A DNA stretch of 64,000 bases, from assembly GCA_965601925.1 (NCBI GenBank), contig OZ271854.1:1632001-1696000 (forward strand), read 5' to 3'. Each line of letters opens with the position of its first letter. Within the stretch, counting starts at the first letter, position 1. The notes beneath the pieces were generated by a model. That model searched no databases and was not told where the DNA came from. It saw only the letters and a list, made by a program, of their open reading frames with translations. Origin of the DNA: Alkalispirochaeta sp. (lineage in GTDB: Bacteria; Spirochaetota; Spirochaetia; DSM-27196; Alkalispirochaetaceae). Positions 29,672 through 39,660 of this stretch are shown here, piece after piece. Position numbers and translations under genes: made by a program.

Positions 29672-30822
29672 TACCTCGTTTTAAGCCGCGCATCGGAAAA
29701 GAGGAGCTCGCGTCACTATTCCGGCGAAATACGGGAGCGGTGACACGGTTCGAAGAGGCGTTTGCCGACAAGTTCAACGCGGCAAATGCCGTGGTGTTTC
29801 CGTATGGCCGTAGTGCTCTGTGGGCGTTTCTGCAAGCGGTTGGGATGCGGAACGCAGAGGTTATCATGCCGGCGTATACGTGCTCAGTCGTCGCGCATGC
29901 GATTACCCTTTCGGGAAACCGTCCCGTGTTTGTCGACATACAGCTGTCCGACTACAACATGGACCTCGCTCGTCTCGAAGCGGCAATGACGGAGAATACT
30001 CGAGCGGTTGTGGCTACGCACTTGTTCGGATACCCTCAAGATATAGATAAAATTGAAAAAATTGTGCACGACGCCGAATCGCGGTATGGACACAAAATCT
30101 GGTTGATTCAGGACTGCGCGCATTCCTTTGGCGCGACATGGAACGGTCGTCTCGTTGGTGAGTCCGGAGACACTGCGCTGTATGCGCTCAACATCAGTAA
30201 GATGATCACCTCGATTTTCGGCGGCGTGCTGACATTTCAAGATCCTACACTCGCTCAACGCGTTCGCGATTGGAGGGATGCTCACTTTAAGAGGCCCGGT
30301 CTTTTTAAGTCTCTTATGCGACGTCTCTATCTAATCGCCGTCTATGTCGCTTTCAATGAAACGATCTATGGTTTTACGTGGTGGCTCCAGGAAAAGACGC
30401 CCTTCCTGAACAAACTCACCAAGGCGTACCATCTGGACAACGAGATCCACTTTCCTCCCGATCACCTGGATCATATGATGAACGTCGAGGCTGCGGTCGG
30501 GTTGGTACAACTGACAAAGTACGATGGTATCGTTGCGACGCGCCGGTCGGTTGCTGAGTGGTATGACAAAAACCTTCCGCGCAAACCCGGGTGGATCTTT
30601 CCTCCCTTAGTTGAGGGAGCGACGTATTCACACTACGTCGTTCGTGTGCCGAGTCGAGAGATGGTCGTTAACGAGTATGCACGCAAAGGCGTACATCTGG
30701 GCGAGCTCATTCAGTACAGTGTTCCGTCATTGCCGGAGTACGGTGAAAAATCCAGCGCTTGGCCTAAGGCGGAGGTTTCTAGTACGTCTACGGTCAATTT
30801 CCCTCTATGTACTAACGGGTGA
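29668..30822 (+). CDS. DegT/DnrJ family PLP-dependent aminotransferase
   Basis: GRSAL, PAYTCSVV, THLFGYP, QDCAHSFG and SKMITSIFGG. Confidence 0.85.
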   Translation: MIPRFKPRIGKEELASLFRRNTGAVTRFEEAFADKFNAANAVVFPYGRSALWAFLQAVGMRNAEVIMPAYTCSVVAHAITLSGNRPVFVDIQLSDYNMDLARLEAAMTENTRAVVATHLFGYPQDIDKIEKIVHDAESRYGHKIWLIQDCAHSFGATWNGRLVGESGDTALYALNISKMITSIFGGVLTFQDPTLAQRVRDWRDAHFKRPGLFKSLMRRLYLIAVYVAFNETIYGFTWWLQEKTPFLNKLTKAYHLDNEIHFPPDHLDHMMNVEAAVGLVQLTKYDGIVATRRSVAEWYDKNLPRKPGWIFPPLVEGATYSHYVVRVPSREMVVNEYARKGVHLGELIQYSVPSLPEYGEKSSAWPKAEVSSTSTVNFPLCTNG

Positions 30823-30832
30823 AACAACGACT

Positions 30833-31456
30833 ATGACAGCCGGCGCGCGTGAAGTATCCTCCCAAGTTGTTTTTCGCGAGATTTCCAAGACTCAAATACC
30901 CGAAGTTGTCGATATTCATATGAACTCCTTACGTGGAGACATTCTTCCCTCGCTCGGTCGCGATTTTCTTCTTCATTACTATGATTCTACCTGTTCTACC
31001 AGCTATAGCCGCGTGTACGGTGGATTCATAGGAAATCGACTCGTTGGTTTTTGTCAGATCGTGGTGGGAGATGTTCCGATTGCACGTATTTTGTTTCGTC
31101 GGCCACGCGTTTTCTTTTCGGTCTTGAAGTCCATCATACTGAACCCCATGATTTTTTTTGTTGGCCTGAACGAATCGATCGTTCAGAAACGACCGTCGAT
31201 TCCTCCTTCCCCGGAGATAGCATTCATTGCAATCCGCGAGGGGTATCAAAAGTTCGGTATCGGAACTCAGTTAGTAACATACATGAACACTCTTCTGCGG
31301 ACGTTGGGGTACTCTGTTGTTGTAACAAAAACTGCAAACCCTCATGCGAAGCGGATGTACGAAAAGAGATTCGGAGCCCGTACGGTGTCTATGCGGCGCG
31401 TGTTTAATCGAAGCTACTGGCAGTTATCGTGGAAAACTGACAATAGTTCATTTTAG
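30833..31456 (+). CDS. GNAT family N-acetyltransferase
   Basis: LPSLGRDFL and EIAFIAIREGYQKFGIGTQL (acetyl-CoA motif A). Confidence 0.75.
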   Translation: MTAGAREVSSQVVFREISKTQIPEVVDIHMNSLRGDILPSLGRDFLLHYYDSTCSTSYSRVYGGFIGNRLVGFCQIVVGDVPIARILFRRPRVFFSVLKSIILNPMIFFVGLNESIVQKRPSIPPSPEIAFIAIREGYQKFGIGTQLVTYMNTLLRTLGYSVVVTKTANPHAKRMYEKRFGARTVSMRRVFNRSYWQLSWKTDNSSF

Positions 31457-31485
31457 ATATTGATACTTGTTTTGAAGAGTGGGAT

Positions 31486-32922
31486 GTGAGTCGATTAAGA
31501 CAACTCGGCAAAGACTCGCTGATTTACGGATTCGGTGGGGCGGTAGGAAAAGGTATCTCTTTTTTTCTTCTGCCGATCTATACACGTATTTTCACGCCCG
31601 CCGACTACGGCATGATCGAAATGATGTCGGTCATCGTGAGCTTGCTTACTGCAATCCTCACAATGGGTATGGACTCCGCTCAAAGTTTCTTTTTCTTCGA
31701 ACAGCGAGAGGAAGGTAAGCAGGCACAGAAACAGGTCGTCACCGCGATCCTACAATGGCGTTTGACATGGGGATTGGGTATCGTCGCAATAACCGGCGCA
31801 GCCGCTCCGCTCATAAACACTTGGTTCTTCGGCGGACAGCTTCCATGGATGCATTTTGGCGTTTCATTCGCCGGCGCGTTGTTTGCAACGGTGATGACAC
31901 AGAGCGTCGAGATCTTTCGTCTCCTGTACAAACCCTGGTCCTATATCGGAATCATAGTATCTCGAACCGTCTTGGCGGCCGGTCTGACGCTCTTTTTTGT
32001 CCTGGCTCTTGAGCAAGGCATATTCAGCTTCTTCTTGGGTTCTGCCGTCTCGGCCTTCGTGCTTGCCTGGTTCGGATGGATACGGGTGCGCGACTATCTT
32101 GATTTCTCTACTCGGTACCACAAATGGTGGCCTCGATTACTCAGGTTCGGCGCACCTCTACTGCCGGCCGGACTTGCGATCTATGTTATGAATACCGCCG
32201 ATAGGTGGTTTATTCAGCATTACCACGGTGAAGACGCGCTGGGTTTGTATGCAGTCGGCGCAAAGTTCGTATTGCTCATGGCTCTTGCCGTAGATATGTT
32301 TCGCAAAGCGTGGTGGCCTATGGCGATGGATGCGATGCACTCCAATGACGGGCCCGCGACGTTTCGGATGATCGCACGCCTCTTTATGGGACTGGGTTCG
32401 GCCGCCGTAGTGTATTTAGCTTTTCTCTCTCCTCGCCTCATACGCTGGTTGACGGCACCGGCGTATCATGGCGCATACCCGATTGTCGGTGTATTGGCAT
32501 GGAAAGCTGTCTTTTACGGGTTCTATTTGGTGGGTTCCCCCGGTATTTGGAAGGCTGAGAGAACGTATTTGAGTGCTTTTCTGATGGCCGGTGCGGGGAT
32601 GTTGAATTTCGGCCTTAACTGGATATTCGTTCCCTTGTATGGAGGTGTGGGCGCCGCCCTTTCTACGTCTATATCATATTTCGTTTTGGTTGTTGTTGCG
32701 GTCAGTATTTCGGAGCACCTGTGGAAGATCAATTTTCCATATGCTCTTCTGCTCACTCAAGTCGTACTGGGAACCGCCTCAATGATTTGGCTGATGACAA
32801 CCGCAGCTGCGATGTATGTTCAAGTATTAGTGGCCCACCTAACAGTTGCGGTGCTGCTGTTATCAGCTTTTGATAAAACTAATCGGCGTACTATTGTGTC
32901 GCTGTTCCATTATCGCAAGTAA
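31486..32922 (+). CDS. wzx: Wzx oligosaccharide flippase
   Basis: KDSLIYG, FFLLPIYTRIFTPADYG, LLRFGAPL, DRWFI and LGLYAVG; about 12-14 TM segments. Confidence 0.9.
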   Translation: MSRLRQLGKDSLIYGFGGAVGKGISFFLLPIYTRIFTPADYGMIEMMSVIVSLLTAILTMGMDSAQSFFFFEQREEGKQAQKQVVTAILQWRLTWGLGIVAITGAAAPLINTWFFGGQLPWMHFGVSFAGALFATVMTQSVEIFRLLYKPWSYIGIIVSRTVLAAGLTLFFVLALEQGIFSFFLGSAVSAFVLAWFGWIRVRDYLDFSTRYHKWWPRLLRFGAPLLPAGLAIYVMNTADRWFIQHYHGEDALGLYAVGAKFVLLMALAVDMFRKAWWPMAMDAMHSNDGPATFRMIARLFMGLGSAAVVYLAFLSPRLIRWLTAPAYHGAYPIVGVLAWKAVFYGFYLVGSPGIWKAERTYLSAFLMAGAGMLNFGLNWIFVPLYGGVGAALSTSISYFVLVVVAVSISEHLWKINFPYALLLTQVVLGTASMIWLMTTAAAMYVQVLVAHLTVAVLLLSAFDKTNRRTIVSLFHYRK

Positions 32923-32987
32923 TAATATCCTTACCCTTTAGTGCGTGATGTCCATCTATTGCAGGGCAACTAAGAGCAGAATAGCCA

Positions 32988-34883
32988 GTGGAAGTTTTTA
33001 AGCAATATATCAGCGGTCTAACCTTGGTGATGATATCACCTGTGGTTTTCATGAGGAATATTTACACTGTATCGCGCGGCTTCATCTCAAATGGCGATAA
33101 ATCGTGGGCTTTTTGTGAGGTCGATTTCTTTTTTCGTGCATGGTATGAAAAGCTCGCGAATGATTTCCGTAAATTCGGCCGATTTGGATATGCATGGGAC
33201 GATGGCTTGGGCCTTCCTCTAGGACCGCGATTCTATAACAACTTTGTAACGTATTGGCTTTATGGAAAGCTCGGCGCAGTTCGATTCACCGTTATGGGCT
33301 GGTTGCTGATGGCTACAACGCTATTTTTTTTGATTGCTAACGGTATCTCCAGTGACGGCAGGTTTTGGATTGCCTCGATCGGAGTTTTCTGGGTGCTTTC
33401 CAGCCCATCTCTCTCAAGTATATACGTGCAGTTTGGCAAGCCGGAAACCTTTTGGTGGTGGATGTCTACGCTTGGAATGTTTTTTGGCCTGCGAAACGGT
33501 CTGCATGTCGCCTCGGTGATTTGGTCGGCCGTCGCGCTCGTCAATGTGCCTGTTGCCGTCTTGTCCGGCTTAGTTTTTGGCGTGCCGCTGATTATCCACT
33601 CTATGCTTGTTGCATCAACTCCCTTTGGTCTGTTGTGGCTCATTCCGGGTTTATTCAAGATTGTAATTCGTGTAGTTCAGTCCCTAAGATCCGGTTTTTT
33701 TGGAATGATTACCGATGAGCAGGCAGGACTGAGGAAACGAAAGCTTTTTTTTCATGGTGACGAGCTTTCATATCTATCACTATCTATTTTTCTGATAGTG
33801 TTTGTCTCTAAAGAGCATTCGACGGTCTTTATTTATCCCATCGTCTGTTTCGCTCTCGTGTTCCAGATTCTTTTCTTTTTGAATCGTCGATTGATATACA
33901 TTAATGACGATCAGTCCTATGCACTATTGTACTTTGGCGGCACTACCGCTTTCGGTAGTGCAATTGGCGATCCCGTCTTGCTGTTGATTCCTCTTATTGC
34001 TACTTTGAGGTTTATTGGCGGCATTCCGGAAAACTCTTTCGCTCGAAGGCGATTTTGGCCCGTGAGCTCTGTTTCAAGCCGATCAGTACACGGCCTTTTC
34101 AAAAAACTTGTTCGATTGTGGTATTTCCCTTTTGTGTGTTTTTTACCTCGTCCATCCATCGCGAAAAGCAAACTTATTGATGCCTTGGATGCGTTGACTC
34201 CATGGTCGCGGATAGCGATCGAGTCTTACGGAAAAATGCGAGAATCCGGCTTTGCCCGCCGTTTGCAAACGGCCATTCAAGAACCACTGATGCAAAAACG
34301 GATCGGTGTCGTGAACGATATATATGCAGGTATGACGACCGAGTACCGCGACAATTTATTGTGGAAGGAGTTCTTTGAGGATCTCAAAGATCCAGCAGGT
34401 GCCCTATCCATTTTGGAGTCGTATTGGGTGCGATATGTGTTAGCGTTCACTCCGCAGTTCCAATCAGCATTGGAGTCTCTCGGATTCCAGGTTGTTGCCT
34501 CTATCGACCTTCAAGAGGATAGTCTTTCTCGACGAGTGTTTCGTCTTGAAGAACGAGTAGCACATCCTCATGTTACGATACTTCGGGCCCCTTACTCCGT
34601 TCCTCAAATCAAACCACAGAAGAGAAACAAGCGGATCACCGGGATAGAAATATCAAATATATCAGATAAAATATATAAAATACCATATATCTTTTTTCGA
34701 GGACTGCGGTGTTATCTTGGGGATGATCTGTGCGGCACCGCGAAAACACGTGTCGGACGGTTTATCCGGTTGTCTACGCATTCATCGGGTTTCGTCTCCG
34801 ATTCACATATACGCCTTAGGTACTCTTCGCTATCCTTCGTTGAGAACTTACGCGAGTGGAATTACATTTTTTCAAAAAAATAG
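32988..34883 (+). CDS. Hypothetical integral membrane protein with soluble C-terminal domain (possibly GT-C-like)
   Basis: 631 aa; multiple hydrophobic segments in the N-terminal half; AT-rich codons. Confidence 0.55.
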   Translation: MEVFKQYISGLTLVMISPVVFMRNIYTVSRGFISNGDKSWAFCEVDFFFRAWYEKLANDFRKFGRFGYAWDDGLGLPLGPRFYNNFVTYWLYGKLGAVRFTVMGWLLMATTLFFLIANGISSDGRFWIASIGVFWVLSSPSLSSIYVQFGKPETFWWWMSTLGMFFGLRNGLHVASVIWSAVALVNVPVAVLSGLVFGVPLIIHSMLVASTPFGLLWLIPGLFKIVIRVVQSLRSGFFGMITDEQAGLRKRKLFFHGDELSYLSLSIFLIVFVSKEHSTVFIYPIVCFALVFQILFFLNRRLIYINDDQSYALLYFGGTTAFGSAIGDPVLLLIPLIATLRFIGGIPENSFARRRFWPVSSVSSRSVHGLFKKLVRLWYFPFVCFLPRPSIAKSKLIDALDALTPWSRIAIESYGKMRESGFARRLQTAIQEPLMQKRIGVVNDIYAGMTTEYRDNLLWKEFFEDLKDPAGALSILESYWVRYVLAFTPQFQSALESLGFQVVASIDLQEDSLSRRVFRLEERVAHPHVTILRAPYSVPQIKPQKRNKRITGIEISNISDKIYKIPYIFFRGLRCYLGDDLCGTAKTRVGRFIRLSTHSSGFVSDSHIRLRYSSLSFVENLREWNYIFSKK

Positions 34884-34949
34884 CGAGTGGCTAAAATGAT
34901 AGCAATATACGCTGTTGCGTCCCGTGCGCAGCTTCATTAGGATTCGAGC

Positions 34950-36014
34950 TTGAAGATCATCCATGCTCCTACCGATCTGGGAATGCGCGCCGTCAGCCTA
35001 TCCGAAGCGGAACGCACCCTTGGACACACTAGCAAAGTATTTGTTCGAGCTCCCTCGGTCCACGTTTCGGGTGTGGTGGACACGCTGTATCATCCTAGCA
35101 AGCTCGTCTTTGCTGCAAGGCTTGCAGCCGCTGTTTTCGAGTGCGCTCGATCCGACATAGTCATGCTGAATGCCGGGTCGTCGTTAGTGGACTTCGGATA
35201 TGCACATGCTCAGCTGATGGACGTAACTCTCTATCGGCTTTTGAAGAAGCGTGTGGTTACAACGTTTCAAGGATGTGATGTGCGGTTGTGCGAAACGTGT
35301 CCTGTTCGAAAACATCTGGGGCCGGCGCAGCAGTGCTCCGGCGTACCGAAAGGACTCAAGTATTCTACATTTGACAAACTGAAACTGCAGCGTCTTGCAC
35401 GTCTATCGGAAGCTTCGACTACTCTCCTTGGGATCACACCCGATCTTTGTCTGTCATCTAACAGAGTTCAGTACTCACCGCATGCAAAGTCCTCGAAAAA
35501 AATCGGTAGTATAAAAGCGACTCCGCGACGAGATGGATCCGTGTTCAGGATTGCTCACATGCCCAAGAGGCACCATAAGGGAAGCGAAATAATAGAACCT
35601 GTCATTCGAAATTTTTGTAAAGAGCATCCCGGGGCCGTCGAGTATCGACCTATCAGAGGAATGTCCTGGAGCGCTGCTCTGCGGACGATTGCGAGTTCCG
35701 ACTTAGTCGTTGACCAAGTTTTGACCGGTTGGTACGGTGGCGTCAGTGTCGAGGCCGCGTTATTGGGAGTTCCCTCGCTTGTTCGGATCGAGAACCAGCT
35801 TCTAAGATTTGTGCCTGCGGCTATGCGCGCGCATCTTCCTGTGGTAGCGCTTCAACACGCCGACCAGTTGCACGATATGCTATCCCGTTTTTTCTACGAC
35901 CGAGAGATGGTGCAGCGAGAGGGTGAACGGTGTCGCCAAAACGCAAGAACTTTTCACAATCCAGTAGTCGTCGCCAAAGATATATTGCATAAAGCGAGAA
36001 ACCGAAGACGATGA
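34950..36014 (+). CDS. Putative GT-B glycosyltransferase
   Basis: RIAHMP..HHKGS, SDLVVDQ..GWYG.VSVEAALLGVP, and C-terminal TFHNP. Confidence 0.7.
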   Translation: MKIIHAPTDLGMRAVSLSEAERTLGHTSKVFVRAPSVHVSGVVDTLYHPSKLVFAARLAAAVFECARSDIVMLNAGSSLVDFGYAHAQLMDVTLYRLLKKRVVTTFQGCDVRLCETCPVRKHLGPAQQCSGVPKGLKYSTFDKLKLQRLARLSEASTTLLGITPDLCLSSNRVQYSPHAKSSKKIGSIKATPRRDGSVFRIAHMPKRHHKGSEIIEPVIRNFCKEHPGAVEYRPIRGMSWSAALRTIASSDLVVDQVLTGWYGGVSVEAALLGVPSLVRIENQLLRFVPAAMRAHLPVVALQHADQLHDMLSRFFYDREMVQREGERCRQNARTFHNPVVVAKDILHKARNRRR

Positions 36015-37360
36015 GTACCACTACTATAGGGCTATCGAATAGATCGTTCTATCCCTCGAAAAGAAAATCTGTAGCACATTTTTCTCATAACTTTTTTTCA
36101 GTAGGGTTTTTGTTAGTAATAGTAGATTCGGTTTTTTTCAGTTTTGTGCATGGCCTGGCTCATTCCCGGTATGGGTTGCGATCAATAATTGGATTTCATT
36201 TATTTTTTTCAGAGATTTGGTTTATTCTTTTTGGAAATATCATTTTTGCATTGCACATCCACAAACAAGGGAAGATATCGGAAGCGAATGCAAATGTGGC
36301 ACCTATATTCATAGTTCTTTTTGTTGTCTGGCTCAGTTTTCTTTGGGGACTCCTAAATAGCAATGTATTCGCACTGAGGGATTTCAGAGAAATCGCGTTC
36401 GGGGCTCTTGGGCTTCCCGCGATTCTGTGTTTTGCGCCTTATTGTGACTTGAACACGGTAGTCAGGAGACTCGCCCTGCTATGTATTCCCATAGCCATAA
36501 TCTGGTCTCCCTTTGCCATCTACGAGCATTTGATGTTCGCCGACGACCCCGATTGGGTAACGCATAATTCCTTTGCCATAATAATGATCTTTCCATTTTG
36601 CTATTTTCTTTTTCACTTCTTAGCCGGTCGGAGAGGCTATGGCTTTATCGCACTTCTCATAGCATTTGCAATTGTTGCCAGATTTTCCAAGGTGACACTG
36701 GCACTTCTCCTTTTTTGTTCTTTCACGACGATTCTTCTTTCGAAATGGTTAAACAGAAAATTAATCTTCAAAAGACTGAATAGACATGTCATTTCGGCTC
36801 TGTTATGGATGATTGTGTTACTGTCGGTATTGTTGTTGCTGGTCAACGTATATAGCGACGGTGCAATAGAGCGGCAAATCAGACAGCACTTCCTTAAAGA
36901 AAGAGTTGCCTCGTCCGGCGAGATCTTCCGCGGCGATCTTTCCGGTGGTCGTTTCGCGATCTGGACTGCGGCGATGAGTAAGTGGATGGATAGGCCGCTT
37001 TTTGGGCACGGCGCAGGTGCCGTTCTTCGAGTATATTCAACCGGCTGGATTGAAAAATGGCAGTTCCATAACTATTTCTTTCAGCAGCTCCATAATACCG
37101 GCGCGTTTGGCATCGTACTGATCGTTGGCGGTTGGCTTTTTTGGTGGCGGAGAGCGCTTCTTCAATTGCGTTCGGTCGAGAATTATCGCACCAAGATAGC
37201 GTTGGGATGCATGGCGGTATTCGCGCTCACGATCATGTTTTACGGTTTTTTCGGTCACCCGTTGAGCTTTCCCCCTGTGGCGCAGTTTTTTTGGGTCGGC
37301 ATCGGGTTTCTGTGTGTAAGCAAAAGTAATAAAATATACAATATATTTAATTATAATTAA
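36011..37360 (+). CDS. Wzy polymerase / O-antigen ligase family membrane protein
   Basis: About 11-12 TM segments; periplasmic loop SGGRFAIW...RPLFGHGAG...FHNYFFQQLHNTGAFG; very AT-rich. Confidence 0.8.
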   Translation: MSTTTIGLSNRSFYPSKRKSVAHFSHNFFSVGFLLVIVDSVFFSFVHGLAHSRYGLRSIIGFHLFFSEIWFILFGNIIFALHIHKQGKISEANANVAPIFIVLFVVWLSFLWGLLNSNVFALRDFREIAFGALGLPAILCFAPYCDLNTVVRRLALLCIPIAIIWSPFAIYEHLMFADDPDWVTHNSFAIIMIFPFCYFLFHFLAGRRGYGFIALLIAFAIVARFSKVTLALLLFCSFTTILLSKWLNRKLIFKRLNRHVISALLWMIVLLSVLLLLVNVYSDGAIERQIRQHFLKERVASSGEIFRGDLSGGRFAIWTAAMSKWMDRPLFGHGAGAVLRVYSTGWIEKWQFHNYFFQQLHNTGAFGIVLIVGGWLFWWRRALLQLRSVENYRTKIALGCMAVFALTIMFYGFFGHPLSFPPVAQFFWVGIGFLCVSKSNKIYNIFNYN

Positions 37361-37477
37361 TTTTTTGATAATACTAAGCGCCCGTGGTCGCAGAATTGAC
37401 GACGGCGGCATAGAAATTAATATGATAATTTTTTCAGAAGCAAAAACTCATTTTGGTAATGATAGGACTCTAAAAAA

Positions 37478-39607
37478 ATGAAGCAGGTGCTTATACAAAA
37501 GGGCGTCGCGACGGTTGTCGATGTCCCACGTCCCACCGTGAACTCAGGAGAGGTGTTGGTGCGCGTTCATGCGTCCTGTATTTCCGTGGGCACGGAAATG
37601 ACGGGTGTTCGAGCTTCCGCCACACCGATTTGGAAACGGGCGCTCAAACAGCCGGACAAGATCGCGACGGTGTTCAAAAAGCTCGCGACAACCGGCATAA
37701 AAGGAACGTGGCGTCTCATCGAAGAGAAACGCGATTTGGCGTATCCGGTGGGATACTCAGCCTCCGGAGTCGTCATCGAGGTTGGTCATGACGTCACGGA
37801 TCTAGCGATTGGGGACCGTGTCGCGTGTGCGGGCGGTGGATACGCATTTCATGCCGAGGTTATTCGCGTCCCGCGCAATCTGTGTGTTCCGATCACCGAC
37901 GATGTGGACTATGAAAGTGCGGCGACCGTCACCTTGGGGGCCATCGCGTTACAAGGCGTGCGACGCGCGCAACCGACCTTGGGCGAAACGTTTGTTGTTT
38001 TGGGTTTAGGTATACTCGGACAACTAACGGTGCAGCTGTTACGAGCAAATGGATGCCGAACGATTGGGGTCGACCTCGACCGCGACAGAATCACGCGTGC
38101 GCTATCGCTCGGTATGGATGTCGGCATTCACCCTGACGACGATGACGATATGCAGCAGGTTGCGCGTATGACGAACGGTTTTGGCGCCGACGGCGTCATC
38201 ATTACCGCCGCGACACAATCGGATGCCGTTGTTTCGTCCGCGTTCAACATGTGTAGGAAAAAAGGACGAGTGGTTTTGGTCGGCGATGTCGGCCTGAATC
38301 TGAACCGCGACGACTTTTACGCCAAGGAAATTGACTTCTTTATTTCTTCATCGTACGGACCCGGTCGCTATGACACACGATACGAGGAACGGGGTTTCGA
38401 CTACCCACTTGCGTACGTTCGTTGGACGGAGAATCGAAACATGGCCGAGTATGTTCGTCTGGTCGGCGAGGACACGGTGAGGGTACCACCGTTAATCTCC
38501 GCGCGCTATCCGGTCGGCGAGGCATCAGAGGCGTACGCCTCTTTGAACTCCGACGGTCCTCGCCCGTTGATGGTCCTGTTGACCTATCCCGAATCGAGTT
38601 CCATAACGACGCAACGCGTCGAAATCGGCTCTAAACCGACACGAGCAACGGGAGCCGTCCAAGTCGCCGTCATTGGAGCGGGCGGTTTTGCGCGCTCGTC
38701 TCATCTACCGAACATTCAGGCGATGAAAGATCGATTCGTATTGCGCGCCGTCGTTGCTCAAACGGGACATAGCGCGTCGGCGGCCGGGAAGCAATATGGC
38801 GCTCAGTACGTGAGTACCGACTACCGAGAGGTTCTCGATGACGCCGATATCGATGCCGTTGTCATTGCCACACGACACCACCTGCACGGGAGTATCGCCC
38901 TGGCAGCCCTGAAGGCCGGAAAACATGTATTGGTTGAAAAACCGCTTGTTCTTACAGCGGGAGAGCTTGATGCATTGGACTCCTTCGTGATTGACAATCG
39001 TGAGGACTCGCCGCCCGTTCTGTTGACGGGATACAATCGACGGTTTTCTCCGTTTGGTCGCCGTATGGCCGACTTGCTTTCGAAGCGTGCCGGTCCGTTT
39101 ATGATGAACTATCGAATGAACGCGGGGTACATTCCCCATGATCACTGGGTGCATGGACCCGAGGGGGGAGGGCGTAACCTCGGGGAGGCGTGCCATATCT
39201 ACGATTTGTTTACGTTTCTTGCCGACTCGGAAGTAGAGAGCATTGTCGCTCATTCGATCGACGCCAAAAACGGACCCTATACTTCCGGTGATAACTTCAC
39301 CGCGACGATACGATTTGCGGATGGGTCCGTTGCCTCGTTAACATACACAGCGCTCGGCAACCCTGACTATCCAAAGGAAACGGCGGATTTATACGTGGAT
39401 GGGAAATTGGCGATTTTGCGCGACTATATCGAACTCGATGTGTACGGCAACAAGAAGAAATCGTTGACTACGAAAACGCAGCAAAAGGGCTTTTACGAGG
39501 AACTTTCAGCCTTTTCCAAGGCGATCCAGACCGGAATCTGGCCGATTCCATGGTGGCAGCAACGGCAATCAATGCGCATAGCGTTGGCTGTCAATGATAT
39601 GATCTAG
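37478..39607 (+). CDS. Bi-domain oxidoreductase (Zn-ADH-like + Gfo/Idh/MocA)
   Basis: SCISVGTE, GYSASG, GLGILG, SYGPGRYD..YEE.G.DYP..YVRWTE.RN, then IGAGGF, VEKPL, GYNRRFSP and GEACH. Confidence 0.9.
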   Translation: MKQVLIQKGVATVVDVPRPTVNSGEVLVRVHASCISVGTEMTGVRASATPIWKRALKQPDKIATVFKKLATTGIKGTWRLIEEKRDLAYPVGYSASGVVIEVGHDVTDLAIGDRVACAGGGYAFHAEVIRVPRNLCVPITDDVDYESAATVTLGAIALQGVRRAQPTLGETFVVLGLGILGQLTVQLLRANGCRTIGVDLDRDRITRALSLGMDVGIHPDDDDDMQQVARMTNGFGADGVIITAATQSDAVVSSAFNMCRKKGRVVLVGDVGLNLNRDDFYAKEIDFFISSSYGPGRYDTRYEERGFDYPLAYVRWTENRNMAEYVRLVGEDTVRVPPLISARYPVGEASEAYASLNSDGPRPLMVLLTYPESSSITTQRVEIGSKPTRATGAVQVAVIGAGGFARSSHLPNIQAMKDRFVLRAVVAQTGHSASAAGKQYGAQYVSTDYREVLDDADIDAVVIATRHHLHGSIALAALKAGKHVLVEKPLVLTAGELDALDSFVIDNREDSPPVLLTGYNRRFSPFGRRMADLLSKRAGPFMMNYRMNAGYIPHDHWVHGPEGGGRNLGEACHIYDLFTFLADSEVESIVAHSIDAKNGPYTSGDNFTATIRFADGSVASLTYTALGNPDYPKETADLYVDGKLAILRDYIELDVYGNKKKSLTTKTQQKGFYEELSAFSKAIQTGIWPIPWWQQRQSMRIALAVNDMI

Positions 39608-39660
39608 CATCGAGACTGCGATTCAGCAATAACAAACATCTCATTACCCAGATTTTGAAC

